A stretch of 46,636 nt of DNA, counting the filler, from Dirinaria sp. TL-2023a (Eukaryota), in assembly GCA_051941275.1 (NCBI GenBank). It is 2 parts of 2 records of this genome, joined end to end, with 100 filler letters (N's around TTAATTAATTAA, not from the genome) between each part and the next. Parts side by side here need not be neighbours in the genome. Positions count along the whole stretch, not along the records: positions 1 to 23,311 come from JAVEBF010000207.1; positions 23,412 to 46,636 come from JAVEBF010000208.1. One strand, written 5' to 3'. Position numbers and translations under genes: made by a program. The stretch's first letter is position 1. Every line of letters begins with the position of its first letter. Below, in pieces: positions 23,201-36,100 of the stretch. The notes under the pieces were generated by a model. That model saw only the letters and a program-made list of their open reading frames with translations. It ran no database searches and was not told the origin of the DNA.

Positions 23201-23311
23201 ATTGTAGATCATATGAATTCCACTTTTGCTGCGCCTTGGCCAGCGCAGTGTTCGAATAGAAAGTGATATTAGTTGTGCGTTGAAGCATTCCACCCCCCCC
23301 CCCCCTCCCCC

Positions 23312-23411
23312 NNNNNNNNNNNNNNNNNNNNNNNNNNNNNNNNNNNNNNNNNNNNTTAATTAATTAANNNNNNNNNNNNNNNNNNNNNNNNNNNNNNNNN
23401 NNNNNNNNNNN
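23312..23411. other. Assembly gap/artificial spacer: 44 N + TTAATTAATTAA + 44 N
   Basis: Directly visible. TTAATTAATTAA places stop codons in all six frames. It is preceded by a poly-C run at 23291-23311. Confidence 0.95.
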
Positions 23412-24629
23412 ACCACCACTTCCTCCACAAAGCGGCCCAGAGCCCAGAGCGCCGCCCAAACCTACATGGCAGCGAGCGAACACAGGGCCGGCCAACGCAA
23501 CTGGCTCAGCAAACACAGGCACTGCAAAAGGAAGTTGGGAGAAAGCTAGAGAAGAAACCAGAAAAAAGGAAGAGGAACGGAAAAAAGCAGAGGATCTGCG
23601 GAAGAAGCGCGAGGAAGATGAGAGGGAAAGAGTACGGCAGAGGGAAAAGGACGCCAGGGAAAGGGAACTCAGGGAAGCCCGGGAGAGAAGGGAGAAAGAG
23701 GCTCAAGAAAGAGCTCGAGCAGCACCCCCACCGCCAAATCCACGAAAGCCGGAGCCTTCGCGGCCGGCATCACCGACTAAGAGGCATCAACAACCGACTG
23801 CAAAGACAGCAACTGATGACGATACATACTCCTACAGGCCATACGACGAGCCAAAACGATCTAAGGCCAAGACCGCTACTGCATCGTCAATATACTCCGA
23901 GTCGTCCTACGCACCTTCTCAGTCAACGAGTCGTACTACACCTCCACCTTCACACCGCGGGCCATATCAGAGTAAAGACCCTGATAAAATTCTTCTCAAA
24001 GCCGTCTACTCTTTCAACAATACCTTCACAAAGCTTCCCATTGCACAATTGATATCCGGTGTGGGATCCGTAACAGACGGTCTGATCTTGCGCATCACCA
24101 CAGAAGGCCTTTTCATCGACGACGATGTTCGGAACGTGCCTCAGAGGGAATGGGATGTCAAAGCGTGGACTTTGAAGCTGGTAGAGGTATGGTGCCCCCT
24201 TCTGTATCTGGGAGCAAGTTCTGGCTCCAGCCCTGCGATGCAAAACCTAAGCGATCCTGCATTCTCCAGCAAGAAAGGGGCTGCCATAAAGGCGCTCAAG
24301 GGCGGAGAATCGGACAATTTCCATGATAATCTCATAATTGCTTGCAGAAGACTGTTTCCCCCTCGGCAAAGTTGGTTCTCATCTGGGAAACGATGGCTAA
24401 CCCATACTCGCAACAGAGCGGTCAATCGAAGAACTTGCACGTCCTGAGAGCGAACATCCGAGACCAGGAAGGTAAACGATACGTCTTCATCCTGCCGGAA
24501 GAAGAAGGGTGGAAAGTCGCCGTCGGCCTGCAACGACTGCGACGAGGCACGCAAGTCCGAGCATTAGGAGTCAGTGGGATGCCACTCAACGAGACGAAAG
24601 CGATCTTGGAGGGCATGGGCTGGACATAG
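23412..24629 (+). CDS. 5'-truncated conserved fungal hypothetical protein (Pro-rich and charged coiled-coil region, conserved C-terminal domain)
   Basis: Open frame from the gap edge: WEKAREETRKKEEERKK...YSYRPYD...DPDKILLKAVYSF...GLILRITTEGLFIDDDVRNVPQREWDVKAWTLKLVE. After intron 24187-24416: LHVLRANIRDQEGKRYVF...GWKVAVGLQRLRRGTQVRALGV. Confidence 0.75.
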
Positions 24630-25165
24630 CCCCTTTTCTATATCTCCGGAATGCAAACACAGTGCCGCCAGGAATGTTCAGCACCGTCTCCCAGACGACC
24701 GAAGTACGCAAAGAAAATTTCTTCTTCTTTTTCTTTTTTCGAGGTGATAGTGGTTTGACAAATAGCGTACAGCATCAAGCATAAGTAGGCAAGTATTCAT
24801 GAAGCATTTGAGCGGGCGGAGTTAAACACTCATTATTTGGCGGGTTGCATCTGGGAATGCCTCTTTGCACATACCCCCCTGCAAGCTTTGTGGTAGAGAA
24901 AAATGTTTATAGTTTCTGATCGTGTGCTGTGACATAAGACCCACATCGATACTTGTGGATATTCTGTGGAAATTTTTTCAAATCTGCCCCATGTTCTTCG
25001 TCTGTGTCCGTGTCTCGTCAATCCGCTTTTGTCCTAGGCCGAGTAAAAGTTTCCATGCCAGCTCGAGAGTTCATCAACATCAAGTTCCATCCAGCATAGC
25101 CAAATATTTCCCAACGATAGCCCCCAGAAATCGACTCTCGGACGTTCGTGAGATCATACCACCAT

Positions 25166-26290
25166 TCACAGTTCGTACGGCGGCGGCTCTTCCGCTATAA
25201 CCGTGGATTCCCTACTCTCTTCCTGCTGCAACGCCCAGTAATCACTCTTGCCACTCAATTCCACATGCCCACTATAACCCTTAAACTTCAGCACCCCCTC
25301 CCCTTGGCCCTTGACAGCCTCAAACTCTCTCCCAATCAAACCCTTTCTATCCTTCACGACCCTCATGCCATCCCATTTCACATTAATGCCCCCACTTGCC
25401 GTGGTCCCTTGCACCGTCCCCTCCCACATCGACGGATACGAAAGCACCAACCCGCCCGACCCATGCCTATAATCTGCATATAACTGCCTCACCGGTGCCG
25501 AAGCATCTCCAAGGAGCGGGTACACCGTAACATCCGTGTGGCCGCTATTTGACGAGGTCAAGACCTCAGAGCGGGTGCTGTTGGGACCATGGGGGGATAG
25601 AGCGGCGGTGATGCTTCCTGAATTCGTTTTCAGGGACGTGTGGGTCCCGTGCACGAGGATGGCGTCGAGGCTACCGCTGCGCGAGCTGATCTCGGTTTCG
25701 TATTGCCTATCGGGGATTTGGGAAGAGCTGCTTGAGGACGAGTACGAAGAGAGGTGCGAGGTGCGGACGCGGATGGAGCCTGAGGCTGTGCTGAGGTGTA
25801 GGCTTGCGGGCTTTTTGGGATCCTCGGAAGAGGCGTTGTGAAGGGAGACGGTGATGTCGATGTGCCCTGAGGTGGTGTGGATGGAGAGCAGGTCGTAGAG
25901 CGAGTAAGATCCTGTTACTGAACCGGATTGCATATCAATGACTGTTTCGCGTGGGTTGGTAGAGGTGGTAGGCGGCAATGGGGACATGCGGTGGTGCGGT
26001 GGTGCTGTGTCCGCCGAGCAGTCGGAGCATGTGGAGATGTAGGAATAGAAGAAGAAGCCTTTGGTGACGATGATTAGGGCTAGTAGCAGGAACAATGGCC
26101 AAAGATGACGTGGTCTACGAGGCTTCTCTACGAACCGTTTAGGATGACCGCAATTGTCGACAACGAGCCTTTGCTCAAGGCCGAAGATTTGATCAGAGAA
26201 TGCCGACTTCTCTCCTTGCTCGGTCTGAGCGTTGGTGCTAGTCAATGCTGGTGTCTTGCCCATCATTGCGGCGTTTTGCGACTTCCACAT
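25166..26290 (-). CDS. Single-pass membrane protein with adhesin-like (DUF4097-type) beta-repeat domain
   Basis: 374-aa ORF, TM LWPLFLLLALIIVTKGFFFY, repeated (T/S)xSGx(I/V/L) motifs, GSYSLYDLLSIHTTSGHI, YPSMWEG. Confidence 0.65.
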   Translation of the reverse strand: MWKSQNAAMMGKTPALTSTNAQTEQGEKSAFSDQIFGLEQRLVVDNCGHPKRFVEKPRRPRHLWPLFLLLALIIVTKGFFFYSYISTCSDCSADTAPPHHRMSPLPPTTSTNPRETVIDMQSGSVTGSYSLYDLLSIHTTSGHIDITVSLHNASSEDPKKPASLHLSTASGSIRVRTSHLSSYSSSSSSSQIPDRQYETEISSRSGSLDAILVHGTHTSLKTNSGSITAALSPHGPNSTRSEVLTSSNSGHTDVTVYPLLGDASAPVRQLYADYRHGSGGLVLSYPSMWEGTVQGTTASGGINVKWDGMRVVKDRKGLIGREFEAVKGQGEGVLKFKGYSGHVELSGKSDYWALQQEESRESTVIAEEPPPYEL

Positions 26291-26938
26291 ACCGTAAATG
26301 TCGTAGGTAGAGTTGCCTACTATACATGTAGGTTGTGAATCTCAGACGGTACGGAGGTAACGTAGGGATGTGGTAATTGTGACGTCAATTGTCTCCCCCA
26401 CGAGCCCTTCCATGGGCCATCAATTATGGATCGGCAGCTAAGCGACCCAATGAGAACGATATCACAGCTCCTATTCACCAGCGCAACTGAAGATCTCGAG
26501 AGAGACGGGAATGGGAAGTCGATTGAGAAGCCAGAATGAGAATACAGCAGTGCCCTGGCGATTATTTGACTTTATGGATAGCTGCCCAAATCTCAATCGT
26601 CGAAAGAACGAGATTAATTGAGCAAGTGGGAACGAGGTTGAGCGAGGTTGCAAACATACCACGGTTTCTTGCTGACGCAAGGATATGAAGCTTCTGGCAT
26701 GTTTATCGTAGGGAAAAGTTTCAGCAGAGGAAAAATTTAGGACTACTAAGATCCGCTCTTGGTATCTCCGCAACCCCTCAGCCAGCAGATGCCACAGTGA
26801 AGGCTTGCCGCTTGCCATGCCAGGTTGCCATTCATATCTATGAATGCCCCAATTCTGTGACGTCTATTGTGCCATGATTGCTATCGTATGTGATACAGCC
26901 CGCCAGCCAACGCCAAATCTGCCGCGCTCATTCGTGCT

Positions 26939-27812
26939 TCATTTTTTCTCCCCCAGCTTGCGCCAAACTTCCTCCTCGAACTCGACTACTTTCTCACCAG
27001 CCTGGCTCACAAGTTTCTTTGCCATGTCCCAGATACCCTGCTCTTCTTCAAATCCCTTATTTGCGCCTCCAGAATGGCCATTGTATCCAGGCAGCACGGG
27101 CGAGTGGCTCGATGACTGATTGGTCGCTTGCTGCTCCGTTGCAAATCGAGCATCTGGGGTCATCTCCTGAGCATGTGGATCCTGCGCATAGCCAGGAGGG
27201 TGTTCAAGGGTGTTGGCTCTTGACCTTGCAGCGCTAGGTGCAGCTGCCGGCTGTGTCGGGTATGGTGAAGAAACTTGCTGTGCTTTCAATGGAGGCTGTG
27301 TGGTTGACGTCACAGATGAGGGGGGTACGCCGTTGGATGACGAGTCCGGAGACGGAACGCTCATCTGTGGTGGATATGGTTGCGGTTTTGATGGCGTAGC
27401 AGTAGGTTTGGCATAGTATTCGCGTGGCAGAGGCTTCTCGCCTGCCTTTGGAGGGGGAGGGATGCTAGGTCTTCGAGCGTTGGTGGACGTCGACGAGAGG
27501 GGAACGGCACCAGGCTGGGGGCTAAGTGCTCTCGGTATTAGTATGCTTCTAGTCGCCAAAGGCATGTCCAAAGCGTTGCTTGAAGATCACTTACGGTGGT
27601 GGGCTATTCTCGGCTGGAGTCGCTGAGTATTGCGTGGGGTTTGGAGCGATGTTCGCTTCTGGTCTTGCAGGAGTAGAGCTACTCGTAGCTACTGAGGTTG
27701 TCGACGCGTGGGTCGAAGTCGTTGGAGTCGGGACTGATGCGGTCTTGGGAGTGATTCCATCCGCTTTAGCTGCAGAGGTCGGACTCTGAGTGTAAACCGG
27801 TATACCAGACAT
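26939..27812 (-). CDS. Pro/Ser/Thr-rich conserved fungal hypothetical protein; 2 exons
   Basis: MSGIPVYTQSP exon joined by a GTAAGT...CTAAT...TAG intron to PQPGAVP...PPPPKAGE...LEHPPGYAQDP...GIWDMAKK...EEEVWRKL. Confidence 0.7.
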
Positions 27813-28480
27813 GGTGTGGGCTGTTCTGGATTATCGTGCTGATAGCTTCTATGTTACAAGGCCGGGATGGATGCAGAGACTCATTCTTCAATTGCAAGTA
27901 TTTCGTAGAGATTATTGCGAGGAAGGGAGAAGAAGTACTTTATGCTAATGTAAGGTAAGGTAAGCGAGCATTTGATGCTGGCTGCACAGTGCACAGCAAG
28001 GGAGCTGTCCTGTAACATATTGCTACGTCATTGGCATGTTTGACGCGTCGAAATAACAGCCAATCTGTGACAGGCACTCAGGCACTACCGCTTCGTCTGA
28101 AGCTCAATCACGTGTTTGCAGTCGCTCACTGAAAATTGTAGAATTGGACATTGAGCTGAAAGCAGCCATTATCGGCTAGCGTTTTGGGCCCCATTCTGTA
28201 TACAATTTCTTTCGATGAGTGGCAAGGCAGAGGCGAGGGCAAGCTGAATCCAAAGGCAGTGAGAATACGAGATAAAGAATTACAGGTAGGAAACACTGTG
28301 AGGTTGTCTAGAGTACAGCAGCATTAAAAGCTTCCTGCTGCACCGCCGCATGCATCACCCTTTAACTTCTCTAGCACATTCCCTCCTCGAACATAGCACC
28401 GGTCCATCTTCTAGAACACCCCATCGCACATCCCCTTCGCCAACTGCAGATGTGTTATTTTCAAGCAGGACTGGAGACCT

Positions 28481-30109
28481 CTAACCGGATCCACCCTTGA
28501 AGGCCTTGCCGAACATGAGGAGCTGTACTTGATCATAGATTGAGAGCACACCGGCACCAGCCACGCCACGGAGAATGTTCGCACCAGCGCCTTTGAACAG
28601 AGACCTCACACCTTCCTGGGCGACGATTTGGCGTGCAGCATCGGCAGATGATTTGTACTTGACGGCCTAGAGGACTGGTTAGCTTGTTAATGCCCTACTA
28701 TAGAGGCTCGCCAACCACTTACTTCTCCGGAAGTCATCATCATACGACGACGGATGGTGTCAAGAGGGTACGAAGCAATACCGGCACCAGTCGTGACAGT
28801 CCAGCCGAGCAAGAAGGATGCCAGGAAATTTCCCTCCAAGGGGCCGACGAGTAGGACAGGCTTGATTGAATCGTACATTCCGAAGTACAGACCCCGGTAA
28901 ACGACAATACCAAGGACTGAGGGACCGAAACCACGGTAAAGACCGGCAACACCATCACTAGCAAGAGTTTTCTTGTAGACATCGATGAGACCATTGAATT
29001 GACGATCACCACCACTCTTCGCATTCTTGGCATCGTTCGCCAAACGGGTACGAGCATAATCCAGAGAGTAAACGAAGAGAAGGGACGTTGCACCCGCAGC
29101 CTATCTTGTTTAGCCAGTTCCCTCACGGGGTCGTAACAATACCTACTCCGCCGGATGCCAAGTTGCCCATCATCCACTTCGCATAGCCGTCGCGTTCCTT
29201 CTTGTAGGCGAACATCGACTTGTAGGTGTCGCGGAAGGCGAAGTTGAGAGCCTGGGTTGGGAAGTAACGGATGACGTTGGCAGTGTTACCTCTCCATAGA
29301 GACACTACGCCTTCATTTCTGGCAGTCCGAGTGAAACACTCAACGATGCCGTCGTATTTCTTCTCAAGACGGCCACTCTTGAGCATTTCATCCTATGGTA
29401 AGAACGGGCATTAGTACCGCATGTATGTCTCCTCTAATCTGCCACCATGATTCTGACATGAGTCAAAACACAACGTGACTTATGTTGGTGGACATTCTCG
29501 GCGCAGTCTTTGAAAGAACCCGATGCAAAGATCCCCAAATATGTCGCATGAAAAGACACCAAAGCGGAGAAAGGTGGACACCGTATGCCAGAGGAAACCT
29601 TCTTGGCTTACCTGATTTTGAATGAGCAGCTTGACACGTTCAATGGGCGCGGCAGCGGTCTTTGAGACGGCGGCGGATACACCACCCACTGCGGAGATTG
29701 TTAACGGACTAGTCCTGTAACGCTCAAGATAAAGGAAAGTAGCGTAGATTTGACGATTGCCTTCATCCCAAAAATATCAATCCGCATACAGATGGGAAAA
29801 ACGTACTCAGAAAGTCGACCACGAAGCCCTGTGTTGAATCCTGATTAGCTCTCAAGTTTCACCAGCACAGTGGTGTCGGTATCCCGACGACCTCGCAACG
29901 ACCAATCTCTCTCTTCTCGCTCGCCAATTGCATATTTAATTAGAATCATCAAGCGCGATGAAGTCCCATTGAGCACTCAGCGTAGACGGAGTAGAAAGGT
30001 CGGACGAAGTCGAGGGCCCGATATCGCAAAAAATTTTCAGGGACGGGTTGGAGCTTACCGGCATGCCCATGACAGTCTTCTTCGACTGTACTACTTCACC
30101 TTCAGGCAT
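28481..30109 (-). CDS. AAC: Mitochondrial ADP/ATP carrier; multi-exon, including a 22-nt exon at 29807-29828
   Basis: [71 protein letters not shown], signature [27 protein letters not shown]. Confidence 0.97.
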
Positions 30110-30694
30110 CCTGGCGAACTAAAGGCTGACACTACTAGAGAATGAGGTCGATCGATTAGGATAGAGTGGAGAGAATGGACGTTGCGAGGGCAGTTCGTGT
30201 CCTGAATCTGGATGTTGAGGAGAAGATTGATTGGAAAGGTTGCTCGAAAAAGTCAAGGAAGCCGGATTGAGCACTAGTCCCAAAACAGATAATCTCTCAT
30301 GCCCGGGCCGGATTATCCCGGGATGTCCAATTTCCACTACTCCCGACCGAGCCTCACCTTACCACATCATAAAGTACGAGCTCACCTCAGCATGTACCGT
30401 ATGGAGCAGTCACCATTCCGGACGCTCAGCCTCTAACTAGACATAACGCCTACTGAACATTCGATGATGGTGGGTTCAATGTTAAACGCAGCCGTTGCGT
30501 CTGCATGTATGGATCGAGCCGCTGCCTGTTAGAAGGCCGGTATCTTAATTTCCATTCTGGAAGATGGATGTCGATGTATCAATTTCAAGGTCCTATGTAA
30601 ACCTATGCTGCGGAGCCTAGCTATGTGAAATCACTTCAGCAATGGATTGGCAGGGTGCAAAGTAGAGTCAACTGCAGATTTGGGACCATTTCAT

Positions 30695-32787
30695 TTACGG
30701 CCTCTGTCCTCTCTTGCTCTTCTTCCCCTCCCGCACAGCGGACTCACTGGTAATTTGCTCTGCAATGAAGTCTCCGAGTGACTGCTGCGGGCCCATGTCG
30801 CTACCAAAAGTCTCCTTCCTCCATGTTCGTAGCCTTGCCTTCTTTCCTAGGCGCTTTTTATCCTTCCGTTTCTTCGTCGGATCTCGGTAGGCTGCCAATT
30901 TTTTCAGCCCAGCGTATTCGTTCAGCTGGCTATCAGAGGCCATCAAGATGTCCCGAGAGCTCAAGCCAAAAGTCAGAGGCGATGTTTCTCTATAGCGAAA
31001 GTGTCCGGTCTTCTTCCCACCCAGGCCGGATAAGGTGTCTTCAACATTGAACTTTTCGTCAACTAACTGTTCAACTGTCCGCCTTTCTTTTCGAGCTTTA
31101 CTCTTCTGTACATCTTTCCCACGCTTAATGCGGCTCTTGAGACTATTTTCTGACTGAGTTTGATCTTTCAGTGGTTCGAGATCATGACGGGCCCCTCCAT
31201 CCCCACGAGAATCAGCCGGGGGACCCTCTTCACTGTCTGAAAGAGCGAACTGAACTTCGCCATTGCGTTCCTCAACCTCGAAATCTGGAACCAGGTCCCT
31301 GATATCTATGTCATCGTCCCACTTCGGCTTCCTCAGCTTATGCCTAGCACTGGAGTTGACCACCTCTGCATCCTCTGACTCTTGGTCAGCATAGTATGCC
31401 TCCCCAAAGCGCTTTTTCATCTCTTCTTCCCAATGAGCATTATCCCACCCTTCGTTCAAGAACGCTGCCCAGTCTTGAGCATAAATAGCTTCACCTCTGA
31501 ATCCTGCAGCTTGCTTAATCTTCTTTATTTTTCGTTCAGCTTCAGCTATCCTAAGCTTTCGAAGATGGGCTTTTTCATTCTCGCGTTCAAGTTTGAGTGC
31601 TTCCTTTTTCGCTCGTTGAGCATCACGTGCTTTCTTGCGACTATTTTTGTGTTCCTGGCGGACGGAGTACTTGGCAGCAGCATCTCGAGCATGCGACATG
31701 AGCTTCTCGTTCGCGCCTTCTGGGTTTTCAAATCGAAGATTGTAAGCTTCTTCGAATTCATCTGCTCGCTGCTCTTGTTCCTCGTCATCCGACTCAAAAG
31801 GATGGAACTGCGGTTTTTCGGACGGCACCCAGGCTCGAGAGGCCATGAAGTTGCAGAGGTACGTTTCCGGGTCTTTATCGGCTGCATCGACATTGAGTTC
31901 AATCCTTTTCTCTGGCTGGTTTTGCAGCTTAACATCATGCTTCGAAGATTTTCGTACTAGGAAGTCACCGTCATCTTCTTCCTTAGTGACATCCGCTCCG
32001 TGGCCATCTTTTGGAGAACCCAAGCTATTTGGTGCACCATGCATCTCTCGTATAAGAGTGGACTTTAGATCATCTTGCTGCTGAACGTATGTCTCTAGCA
32101 TAATCTCGTCTGCGTTCTGCCCCTTCGATTCTCCAAGTAGCTTTTGCCTATGATAGTCCTTCAAGTACATCGGCTTGACCGTGGCCTTTCCTTCCTCAGT
32201 GCCGTCCTGTATGTCATCGTCGAGGTCCTTGTAGAATGTGGTCTTCCCATCATAAATACGAGGGTCCTTATTCCGGATCGCATTCAAAGTGGCACCGATT
32301 TGAGCGTCTAGATTTTCCGAAGCTAGGATGCCCTGATCATCTTCCGATTGGGAATCTGAAGATGACTCTACCTCGGTATCGCTCGGATGGTTAAGACCGT
32401 CCCTAATTGGTGGTTCGATTGGCGTAAAATCTGGCTGCTTGCCATATTTCTCTTCCACTACAGACCGTCAATAAAGCTTACAATGCTCACTTTAGTTAGG
32501 CACTAACATCTTTGGAGCTCCTCTCGGTCCTTATTATGTTCGTATCTGCGGGCAAAATCTTTATTGATCTTCAATCCGTCCCCATCATCAGAGCTATCGC
32601 TTCTAAGTATCGAAACGCCGCCTTGTGGACTTGCGGTGTCAGACTGCTGATCGGAGCCATCATCGCCCAAGAGATTCCTAGGGCGTTTACGGAAAGGTAC
32701 TGCAGCGCCCGCCGAAGGCGCTGGCCTTTTTTTGCTAGAGGCTTTGATCTGCACCGGTTCGTGGCCTGTAGTGTTTGACTTCGCCAT
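30695..32787 (-). CDS. KRI1: 40S ribosome biogenesis protein Kri1; 2 exons
   Basis: LKINKDFARRYEHNKDREELQR, intron about 32459-32505, then LEEKYG, IRNKDPRIYD, PMYLKDYHR, FEEAYNLRFE, FRYRETSPLTFGLSSRDILMASDSQLNEYAGLKKLAAYR. Confidence 0.93.
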
Positions 32788-33119
32788 TTCCGCGAGATTA
32801 GCAGAGAGTTGGGTGCCTTTGAGGTTTGAAAATTACAGGCAGCCTCGGCATCATCCACTGGCTGCCGTAGTTGCGGTTCATGACGAGATTCCGAAGTTTA
32901 ACCGGCCTATGCATCCTCTGAGCCTCAGCATTAGTCCTCCGGCGCAATAGACTTCGCTGTTACACTAAATTATATCTCAATCGCTTCTACCCATGAATAT
33001 CTCCTATACTTTAGTACTCGCGTAGAATTTGCAGCTTCAGCTAGCCCGTGGCCGCCTCCCAAAGATGCAGCCATTAGCCCAAGGATAGATAGCAAGTTGC
33101 TACGGCATGCTTGTTCAAG

Positions 33120-36100
33120 ATGGCCGACGAATTACAAAAGCCAGCGCTGCTGCAGGTTGAGAAACCTATAAATTTAGTGTATGCCTTTAATATTAGACCT
33201 CAAGTTCTGGCCCACGCTGACCTCCCGAAAAGCCCTGTGGGTCTTAAAGAAGCAGCACTGGACTCACCATCCTTCCGAGCCGGTTTCACCCACTTTTCGG
33301 AACAGCTGGATCTCGTCGAACGATGGCTCGACAATTACATTAGGTCAATATCAAAGCTCTCTCACGAAATTGCACCCCTAGAAACCTTGCTCAACGGCTT
33401 TTTCACGCAGTCAGCCCTGCCGCTCAATGTGTCTGAGGCGGTTATAGATCACGACTACACATTGTTGGCGATGAAGAGGTATGGGGAGGGCGCAAGAGAC
33501 TATTGGGCAGCTACTATAGCCTCGTTGAGGAGGATGGAAGTTAACATGGTGGAGCCTATACGATCATTCCTTCTAAACGACCTACGCTCCTTCAAGGTAA
33601 TACATATTATCTTCTCAAGTACCTTATTCTATCTTGTTCATTCTTTTCCCTACTGACCTGCATATAGGAGATTCGCCGTCAACTTGAACAAGCGCAGAAG
33701 CAGCTGGACAGCATTCAGGCACGCTATTGCGCCCAATCTAAGACCAAAGAGGCTTCGTCATTAAGAGAAGATGCATTCCAGCTACATGAAGCTCGTAAGG
33801 CATATTTGAAAGCATCAATGGACTTCAGCGTGACAGCTCCTCAATTGCGAATGGCGCTGGACAAGACTCTTGTAAAGATCTTCTCTGATCAGTGGAGAGA
33901 AATGCGAGGTCCTCGAGATAATCTCATTGCTGCTTACGGGAGATGGGACAATGATATAGAGCGTGTCCGAGGCTGGACTCGTGAAATAGAATCGGGGGAG
34001 AAAATGGTTCAGCGGGAATTGCTCCATGCTCGGAAACAGATCGAAGAGAGTACAGAGCTGGCCATGCGACCTTCCCGCGAACTTGAGGATTACACGCTAA
34101 TTCCATCTTCCTCTTTTCCATCATTTGCTAATCTCCAAACCTCGACGCAATCTGTCCAGACAAGGGCTGAGAAACAGGGGTGGTTGAACCTTCGAACAAT
34201 GGGTGGAAAACCTTCGAGAACTGTCTGGCTTCGGCGATGGTTTTTTGTAAAGAACGGTATCTTTGGCTGGCTCGTTCAAGGTTCTCGATCCGGCGGTGTG
34301 GAGGAGGGTGAAAAGATAGGGGTTCTTCTCTGCAGTGTGCGCCCTGCTACTACGGAGGAGCGTCGGTTCTGTTTTGAGGTGGGTCTAGCACTACGACAGC
34401 AGCTGGTGAGGTTGCTGATGCACTGGCAAGGTCAAAACTAAGGATCGTACCATCATCGTCCAAGCCGAGACACAGCCCGAACTTGCGAATTGGGTACGCT
34501 CCTTTGAACTTGCGAAGCAGAAAGCCTTAGAAGATCCGGCGAGCACAACCTCGTCTGGTACTGAAGCGTCTCGAGGACAGGATGCCGCATTCGCTATCCT
34601 CTCCCCTACCGCCCCCGAATTTGCAGCAAGCGCTGCTGATGCCGGCATGCAATCATTAGGCGACGAAAGTGCTGGTAACAGTGTCGAACGGAGTGCTACG
34701 CTCCCAAAATCTGGAATGGAGCAAAGCCCCAATCTGACCTTGCGCAGTAGTTTTGACTCTCGTCGAACCAACGCAGACGGTGACACGGGAAGGGATCATG
34801 CATCGCGGATCATCCAGAAGCTAGATCTACATCGCAAATCTACAATCGGTCCTCAGGTCACAGGAGTTGCCGCGGCCTCCTCGTCAATCAGTGCTGGCGT
34901 GGGTGGTATTGCCAGTCTCATATCTGCAAGTCATAACGTCATGCCACTCGTTCCGCCACCGGCTCCTGAAGTTCCTCTGCTACGACCCGCAACCATGAGT
35001 ACAATGCGTGATCTGCCAGTCAGTTCACTTGCTCCAAATACCCTCGCAAACCCTCCAGCTCCAACAAACTTAAGCTCGATGGCTATCATATGCAACGGAG
35101 AGAAAGGAGTCAGTATGGGCCGCACAGACGCCACTGGAGGCATGCCCAGTGGATTGATGGCTAACATTTGGGGGACCGCTAATTGGGGCTATTTGAATAG
35201 GCTGGAGAGGGGTGAATTGAAATCCCAACACGACTCGCAGCTGAAGACGTCAGCTCCATCAAGCCCGCAGCCTACGCCCTCCGGCTCTCCTTCCACCAGG
35301 GTCTCTATAGCAAATAATGAAGCGACGAACCCCTTGACCACACAATTATCATCAACGCCAGGTACATCACCGAGGCACCGTAAGACGATCAGCCTCGGTA
35401 GCGAGGACAAAAGCTCGCCAAAAGAAGAAGGCGCCCAGCAAGAGTACCCAAACTACTATCCTCTTCAACTAAAGATGCAAGATGCCCAACTCCGTCTCCT
35501 TGTCCCCAATCTTTGTGAAAAGGTTGTGCTGGTTTTTAGAGCGACATGGAACCTCAATGATGATGGCCACCAGGGGTTTCCTGGCCGCGTTTATGTTACG
35601 GCTAGCGAAATCTTCTTTTACAGCCATTATCTAGGGCTTGTGCTCATCTCGGGAGTAAGCCTGACATCTATTATCGAGGTCACAGCATCCCCAGGAAGGG
35701 ACTGTGATTTGATATTCCTCCACCTCGTTGATAAAAGCAACCAGACGGGCATTAGCCGTATCGCCGTCAAAACATTCCTGGAGCCTTTAAAATTGCTCCA
35801 CAAGCGGTTGAATTTCCTAGTACGCAACTGTATTGCAGACGAGCCACTAGAGTTGGAGGCTATATTGAAGAACCTCATCCAGCTTGAGAAAGAAGACCCA
35901 GCCGAAAGTCCCAGTCTGCAAAGTTGGGAGGATGTCTCGAAGAGTAGTTTCTATGGCGCACCAAATGATGGTCAAAAATCAACCAATTCTCAAAGAGCGC
36001 AACAAGACTTCAGAGCTGCTGTGGTGGTCGATCAAGGCTTCGATAGACCTGGCAACAAGGTCGATGATCTTGGCAGAGATACTACTAAATTCAAACTACC

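Noticed and set aside
23356..23367. TTAATTAATTAA as a biological palindrome or piggyBac TTAA target site
   Set aside because: It is centred exactly within an N-run, so it is an assembly linker.
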